The notes under the pieces were generated by a model that made no database searches, was not told the origin of the DNA, and was given only the letters and a program-made list of their open reading frames with translations. Positions 57,891 through 64,000 of a stretch of 64,000 bases of DNA are shown piece by piece. This DNA comes from Diplonema japonicum (taxonomy: Eukaryota; Protista; Euglenozoa: Diplonemea): assembly GCA_964019335.1 (NCBI GenBank), contig OZ025648.1, positions 1,054,001-1,118,000 on the forward strand, written 5' to 3'. How positions within the stretch are numbered: position 1 is the stretch's first letter; the number at the start of each line of letters is the position of its first letter. A program made the position numbers and the translations under genes.

Positions 57891-59105
57891 ATGCAACTCT
57901 GTTTAATTGTAGTGGTGTTGGCTAGCATGACGGCGGGCACAACAGGGCAGCTGACGCCTTCTCCTGCATGGAGTCCGCATTCAGGGAATATCACAGCGCC
58001 AGCAAGATGCATCATTCAAATGGACGACTGGCTAATAGGTGCAAGGGGTGAAGCCACACTGAACCTCTGGGGGAGCAAGGACAACGGGATGACCTGGGTG
58101 CTCCTCAGGGAAAACATCATCTCGGACCAGAAGCCCGAGGAGTTCGCGGACGTGACGACATGGTACGGCACACTGGGCGGGCAGCCCGCCCTCATCATAG
58201 CCTACAGAGAACAATGGGTCACAAACTCTCAATACCACAACTTCTCCGTCTCGATGATCGCCTCCTTCGACAAAGGACAGACGTGGTCCGATCGTGTCCT
58301 ACTAGTCCCCCCCACACCGCCGCACTTTGTGGGCGCGCCTTTTATCTACCAGATCTCCAATGGGAGCTTGCTCGTTTTCTATGACTCCGAAGTACTTCCT
58401 GCAAAGGCTGGTATACAGCCTGGTCACCAACAGTGGATAGGCTTCATGTCTGGTAACTACACGAATGGACAGTTTGTCTTTTCCGGTCAAATGGTAGCCT
58501 CGCGGTACCCTCAAAGCAGCGGGCAGTACTCCCGTGATGGGATGGCAACGGTGACACGTGTAGATGAAACAACGCTGCTGCTGGTGTGCGAGGGTGTGGG
58601 GCTGAACCAGTACGGTGTGCAGCATGACATTGTGCTGTCGCAGGTGCTTCGCGACAATGGGGACAGAATCGACTTCGTGGGTGACAGGGGTATGGTGTAC
58701 TCGCCGGGTGTGGTAACAGGTGGAAACCGTTCTTTCAACGCCTACTGCCCGTACAGCACCATCACACCGCTGGGCGAGAAGCTCGTCGTGTTTTCAACAG
58801 ACGAAGATGCCTCTGCCCCTACACCCCCTGGCTTTCCCCCATATAGCATTAACAGCACAGTCAAGTATGTCACCCTACACAACGGGGTGTGGGGCCCACG
58901 CAAGACGTTGTACGCGTCAGAGGAGAAGACCTACCTTGCTGGTGTCATGACAACAGGGAACGCTACCATGGTGTCGACTATAAGATTGAGAGGGGGTGAG
59001 GAAGTGGTTTTTACGAACCACGGCGGGTACAGGGAAAAGTGGTACGCGGGGTACCACAGGAACCAGAGTGTGTACCACCATGATCGCACGCAATTTCCGT
59101 TCTAA
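57891..59105 (+). CDS. Secreted BNR/Asp-box beta-propeller protein (sialidase/GH93-like fold)
   Basis: Signal peptide MQLCLIVVVLASMTA, Asp-boxes SKDNGMTW and SFDKGQTW, and the motifs GSLLVFYDSE, RDGMATV and LLVCEG. Confidence 0.75.
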   Translation: MQLCLIVVVLASMTAGTTGQLTPSPAWSPHSGNITAPARCIIQMDDWLIGARGEATLNLWGSKDNGMTWVLLRENIISDQKPEEFADVTTWYGTLGGQPALIIAYREQWVTNSQYHNFSVSMIASFDKGQTWSDRVLLVPPTPPHFVGAPFIYQISNGSLLVFYDSEVLPAKAGIQPGHQQWIGFMSGNYTNGQFVFSGQMVASRYPQSSGQYSRDGMATVTRVDETTLLLVCEGVGLNQYGVQHDIVLSQVLRDNGDRIDFVGDRGMVYSPGVVTGGNRSFNAYCPYSTITPLGEKLVVFSTDEDASAPTPPGFPPYSINSTVKYVTLHNGVWGPRKTLYASEEKTYLAGVMTTGNATMVSTIRLRGGEEVVFTNHGGYREKWYAGYHRNQSVYHHDRTQFPF

Positions 59106-59136
59106 ATGAGGGGAATGGTTTTTTTTTTTTTTTTCA

Positions 59137-60284
59137 ATGGTGACGGACCCGATTGCAGCAAGGGACGTGCGAAGGATCATCTCGGGGGCAGTGTTCTACA
59201 TCAACCCACGGGGATGGCGCACGGACACGGTGGAGCACATCCCGAAGGCGGAAGGAGAAGAAGACGAGGATGAAGACGAGGCTGAAGATGAACAAGAAGA
59301 AGAAGAAGAGGAAGGACAGGACACCGAAAAGTGGCTGATTGCGGAGGCGAGGAAGCAAGAAGCTAAGCAGGCCGAACCCACGACGGCACACTGCGACATC
59401 TGCGGTCAGGAGCAACAGCTGCCCAACATGCTGGAGCACGCACTGTGGGAGTGCGAAAAGGCCAAGGAAGTGCAACAGCGGGAAGAACACGAAGGCATGA
59501 CGCGCAGGGGGCTGGAACCGTGTACGAAGCTGCATGGCATCCTGCCAAGGGGAGCAGGGAAGGATGTCAGGGAAAGGCTCGAAGGAACGCAGAGGTACCT
59601 GCTGGCGGTGGTGGGGGAGCGGGACGCAGCCCTACAAGCGAAGAGGCAGGAGGTGTACCACACACACCAGTGGCTGGAGATCACACAAGGTCAAGAACAC
59701 CCAGTACCGTCGGACAAGGACTTCGGCAAGCTACCGGCAGGGGATGTCCTACGGGAGTACACGAAGGAGGTGCTGAGGTGGATGCGGCAACTGCGCTGGT
59801 ATGCAGGCAGCAGAAACACGTCAGTGTCGACGGTGGAGCTGGCACTGGATTTCGAGAACGTGACCGGGAAGACCCTTGGAGGGAAGCTGGGGGATCTCGC
59901 AGAAGTACAGCAGAAAGCGAGGAGATTGCATGGACTGATGAAGAAGATCTGGCACACATGGGAGCTAGGGAGGGTACTGAAGAAGGTGAAAGGAAGGAGG
60001 GCCTTCCCAGCTGAGCCGAGCACAAGGGTGCACACACTACGATCCATCGGGAGGACAAAGGCGGTGATCGGATGGAACAGGAGGGCGATATTTGCATCAC
60101 CGAAGACCAAGCATGACCTAGAGGCATTGAAAGGACAATGGGCGAGAGAACGAAGAGAAAGAGCGGCCAGGCTGGGGAGAAGGCCGGCAAGACCACCAAA
60201 GGAGGAGAACCCGCTGCTGAAAGGGGATAGGTGCAGGTAGAAGATGAGAACAAGGGGGCGTCTCACAAAGACTTCCTTTAACTC

Positions 60285-60287
<3 letters not shown>
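59137..60287 (+). mobile_element. 5'-truncated non-LTR retrotransposon 3' end, second subfamily
   Basis: CDICGQEQQLPNMLEHALWEC zinc knuckle. VSTVELALDFENVTGKTLGG and RRAFPA...IGWNRRAIFA are homologous to the 39471 element. 3' hairpin followed by a 45-nt T run (60288-60332); T-tract on the 5' side. Confidence 0.75.
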
Positions 60288-60332
<45 letters not shown>

Positions 60333-60334
<2 letters not shown>

Positions 60335-61002
60335 TTCACTCTTCAGAAATTACTTCACGCACTGGGGGGCCCATTACTTCACGCTAAATCTCATTACTTC
60401 ACGGTGAAATAATGGCCTGTTTTCCGTGAAGTAATAGGGGGTTTCCGTTAAATAATATGCCTTGGTAGGCCAATTTTTGCCTCGGTTCGGTTCCCAGTGG
60501 GGCTACTTTTTCCTCTCAGTTTGCTATTTCCCCCCAGGTTCAGCTCAATTGGCCAACTTTTGCCTCGGCTCAGTTCCAAGTTGGACTACTTTTTCCTCCC
60601 AATTTGCCCACTTTTGGCTAGGCCTTGTTCCCAGTTTCTGTGGGTAACTCTTCTGTGGGTAAGGGTAACTTAGTCAGCTTACCCAAGCACCCCAAAAGAC
60701 TTCAAAATACCGAAGCAGCAGAAAAAAAAGAGCCAGCGGCCGCGCTAGGTATGGGAAGGCCTGATTAGAGATGGTGACAGTGGCAATGCCAGCGACAGCG
60801 GCAGCTCTTAGTCAACAAGGAGGAAAAACAACTTGTATTGTAACCTTTGTAACCCCTCTCTTGTTGTACCCCTTGTCACCCTGTTGTGCCCCTCGTGAAG
60901 TAATTTCAGAGTGTCGTGAAATAAAACCACTTACCTACCGCCAAGTAATGCTTTACCGAGGTAACGGTAAAGTCATTACTTGTTGGCAGTAAATAGCTAT
61001 TT
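60333..61002 (+). mobile_element. Non-autonomous Helentron/DINE-like element
   Basis: Perfect 14-bp subterminal inverted repeat (60346-60359 / 60894-60907), extra ATTACTTCACG copies near the 5' end, central degenerate repeats (60468, 60551, 60606), near-perfect hairpin 60942-60982, palindromic AAATAGCTATTT end, T-tract flanks, no coding capacity. Confidence 0.65.
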
Positions 61003-61214
61003 TTTCCCTTTTTCACGCTCTCGGCTTTTTTTTTTTTTTCTTCTTTTTTCTTTTTTTTTTTTTTTTTGAAGAAAGATCCTTCGTTCAGTATCGCAAATAG
61101 CAATAGCATCAACGTTTTTTTTTTTTCTTTTTTCTCCTCTTCCTGTCCCCCACCCCTCCACCATGTTCTGAACACCATGCATCATCTTCACAGGCAGCAC
61201 TAACCAAACACATA

Positions 61215-61490
61215 ATGAGCATTGCTATTCATGTCGAAACAGAAACGCTTTCTCTGGACGACCTGTTCATCAGCAGCGTGAGCACGCCCATGTCTGACAG
61301 CGAAGAGGACGAGGGTAGGGTAGGCGAGATGGTGGAGAGAGCCCCTTGCTTTCATAAGCTGCGAACTCCTTCATCCACCAGCTTGGTGGTGACACACACA
61401 TTGAGCTCCTTGGAGCTGCCCTCCGAGACGCACCACAGGTTCATAAGGGGCCCGGCGCCCGGCGTGTACGCCCGAGGGTTTCTTGGCTGA
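61215..61490 (+). CDS. Small hypothetical protein (91 aa)
   Basis: ATG-started, GC-balanced, homopolymer-free island on the cluster strand, with a T-tract upstream; no recognisable motif. Confidence 0.4.
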   Translation: MSIAIHVETETLSLDDLFISSVSTPMSDSEEDEGRVGEMVERAPCFHKLRTPSSTSLVVTHTLSSLELPSETHHRFIRGPAPGVYARGFLG

Positions 61491-61737
61491 TTTGCTTTTT
61501 CTCCCTCTTTTTTTTTGTGTTTCCTTTTCTACTAAAGAACCTTCTCAGGTAACTCTATTTTATTTTATTTTATTTTTTTCTCCCTCTTGTTCTTTTTTTT
61601 TTTTTTTTTTGTGTGTTGCAGCAGCATTCTTCTTCTTTTTTTTTTTATTCTGCTTTCGCAGATTTAAAAAAAAAAAAAAAAAGGCGCGGTGGGTTTGTGA
61701 TCCCCCCTTTTTCTTTCCTTTTTTTTTTACTTAAATG

Positions 61738-61768
<31 letters not shown>

Positions 61769-61903
61769 TTGCCCCTTTGTCACTTTTTTTACTCGGGGTA
61801 AAACAAAAAAAAAAAAAAAAGATTCGGGTTCCCGAAAGCCAAGCCCAGTGAGTGATCACAGATGACGAAGGGGCATAAAATGAAAAACTTGCCTTACGCC
61901 AGG

Positions 61904-61977
61904 TGAGCCACAATTTAACTCTTTTAACACGAGTTAAATTATGACTCATTATTTTTGTTGGTAATAAATAGCTATTT
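61904..61977 (+). mobile_element. 3' end (hairpin + AAATAGCTATTT terminus) of another Helentron-like element
   Basis: Stem TGAGCCACAATTTAACTC / GAGTTAAATTATGACTCA (61904-61948), then TTGTTGGTAATAAATAGCTATTT, resembling 60980-61002. 5' boundary not determined. Confidence 0.5.
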
Positions 61978-62436
61978 TACTGTGAAGAAAAAAAACAGGG
62001 CACACGAGCTCCATGTCTAGTTGTTTACAGTATTTTGAATTCATTTAAAGCTCCGGTTGCTTTTCCACAACGGAAGAGGGGAAAACAAAACAAAAAAAAA
62101 GAGGAAGAAGAAAAAAAAAAAAAAGAAACATGAAAAAGAAAATTCTTCTTTCCTTCATCTTTTCTTTCGTCGGTAGCCATTCTACTTTTTTAGTTGTACT
62201 TTTCAACGACGGGGGGAGGTAATTGTGTGCTTTCAGCCAACTGAAAAATCCCCCCCACCCCTACCCCCTGACTTCCTTCCCCATTCTTTACCCTGTTTCT
62301 ATTCATTACCTATTTACAAGAACGGGCTTTATTTTTATTTTTTGACCTTTTGTCAGAATGAAAAACGAGGATCTGTACCTAAGCCAATGAGCAATGTGTT
62401 ATTTCTTTTTTTTTTTTTTTCGGGAAAACCAACCTA

Positions 62437-62996
62437 CACGGTAACCAAATAACTTTTTTCCACCGTCGCCTTCCAACCTCCAACTTTTTTTCCACCATCC
62501 ACGGTAACCTGTAACTTTTTTTTCTACTTTTTACTGTAACTACCAACAATTTCCCTTATGCAACCACTAACTTTTTTTCCAGCGTCCACGGTAACCTCCG
62601 ACATTTCTATGCCTCATTGGGGTTTGGTACGAAATGTAGCAAGGGGGCAAAACATGATGTCATGGCAAAAGAAAAGGAAAAAAGACCTTTTAAGAGAAAT
62701 GGGTGACTACCCTGAGGACAGCACCTCGAAGAGTGATTGTGGCTGTGGCGCAGCAGTTGAGTTTCCGAGCCCTGGCTGTGCCTGCACGTTCCCAAGTGCA
62801 CACAGACCTCCACCGTGGACGGTGGAAAAGAAGTTCTTACTTACAGGGTTTAGTGGAAATAAAAATAGGTTACCGTGGAGAGTGGAAAATTCTTACAAAA
62901 AACCATTTGAGTGGAAAAAAAGTTGTAGGTTACCGTAAACAGTGGTGGAAATTCTGCTAACAGACTTGGGTGGAAAAAAGTCAACTGGTTACCGTG
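62437..62996. mobile_element. MITE/foldback element with long modular terminal inverted repeats, TA-flanked
   Basis: TA|CACGGTAACCAAATAACTTTTTTCCACC ... GGTGGAAAAAAGTCAACTGGTTACCGTG|TA. Three ACGGTAACC modules on the left are mirrored by three GGTTACCGT modules on the right. Confidence 0.8.
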
Positions 62997-63144
62997 TACG
63001 TTGTTTTTCTCTTTTTTTTTTTTTTAATATTTTCTTTTAGCAAGCAGCGGCCCAGTTCCTCTCTTTCTTTCTTTCTTTTTTCTATTTCTTTTTCATTTTC
63101 CATTTATCAATTTTCTTACAGGTTTCAAAAAAAAAAAAAAAAAA

Positions 63145-63333
63145 ATGCCCAAAATCGAGAACATAATGGCTGAGATAATGAACGAAGGACAGGAAGAAGA
63201 AGTGGCTAGGAATCTGGCCGAAGTACTGGTAAAGTTAGAACTACTCAAGAATCAGGTTCGCAGCAGGGCAGAGCGCAAAAGGGCAAGAGGGGCAATCTTG
63301 ATGATGAAGGAAGGCGAGAGAACATCGGGTTGA
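63145..63333 (+). CDS. Small hypothetical helical protein or gene fragment (62 aa)
   Basis: ATG directly after an A-tract, preceded by a pyrimidine tract and CAG (the same context as other starts here); charged amphipathic sequence. Confidence 0.35.
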   Translation: MPKIENIMAEIMNEGQEEEVARNLAEVLVKLELLKNQVRSRAERKRARGAILMMKEGERTSG

Positions 63334-64000
63334 CCACGTCGTTCCTTTCTTTTTTTTAAAAGCTCTTAATTCTCAACCCTGTCTAAGGGTAACGGAATTG
63401 CCTTCGGGTATAGGCATTATAAACACGCTCCGAGGGGAAAAAGAAAAAAGTTTTTTTTTTTAAATTCCCCTTCTTCTCATGAGCAGAACTAATAACACCT
63501 TCTTCTTCTCTTTTTATTTAGAAAAAAAAAAAAAAAGAAGAAAGTTTTTTTTTTCACTATTTTGATAATGTAATTGTATTGGTGTCTGCGATGCTGTTCT
63601 CATACACATCTGGTAAATGGTCTTCCGCACGCTCGAAAGAATTCTAAAAAACGGTGCTAAAAAAAAGAGTGGTGATGGCATTGTTGGGGTGACCTTCTGC
63701 AAGTTGAACTCGACTACTGTGCATAATTAACCGATTTTTTTTTTCTTTTTATTACCGGATTTGTATTTATATTGTTCAGTTTTAATAATGGTCTGGGGAT
63801 TTAGTGTACTGTATAAATTATGTACCTTTTTCGGATTTTGGACCCAACTTGGGACTTTTTACAGAACAATACAAAAAACTATTTTTATTATTTTTGGCCT
63901 GACCCCCCCCCCCCCCCCCCCAGGACAGGCCCCACTAAAATCAAAGGCACGTTTGTGGTGTACAAGATCTACTTTTTGGTTTCCATTTTCAAAACAAGGT

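Noticed and set aside
62558-62960. 126-aa and 85-aa ORFs as a transposase
   Set aside because: They simply read through the inverted-repeat arms and show no DDE or HTH motifs.

Overview
Eukaryotic nuclear DNA, most likely a euglenozoan of the diplonemid type (inference). All ~15 recognisable protein genes lie on the + strand as one unidirectional, probably polycistronic and trans-spliced cluster. They are separated by homopolymer-rich (A/T/G/C-tract) spacers and carry short (36-83 nt) GT-AG introns. The centrepiece is a giant ~8,000-aa cell-surface receptor/channel-like gene (8896-~33375). It has a 20.5-kb first exon encoding a mosaic ectodomain, then 9 short introns clustered in a 9-TM fungal TRP/FLC-like membrane region that carries a B-box zinc finger and an EF-hand. 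Other genes: mucin-like type I membrane protein, Kelch protein, EF-hand-like protein with three IS66-TnpA-like HTH repeats, tandem pseudo-metacaspase, NIPA/DMT transporter, XPR1/PHO1-like EXS protein, OFA-type MFS transporter, uridine kinase, poly-His DYRK1, INPP5A-like 5-phosphatase, CCDC81-like HU protein, EF-hand/cyclic-nucleotide-gated channel with an atypical filter, a J-domain protein and a secreted Asp-box propeller. The spacers hide three mobile-element systems: (i) 5'-truncated non-LTR retroelements that end in a hairpin, have no poly(A) tail and sit in T-tracts; (ii) Helentron/DINE-like non-autonomous elements sharing a hairpin plus an AAATAGCTATTT terminus; (iii) a TA-flanked foldback MITE. 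Intron and element boundaries were read by eye and domain calls come from motif recognition, so all need confirmation.
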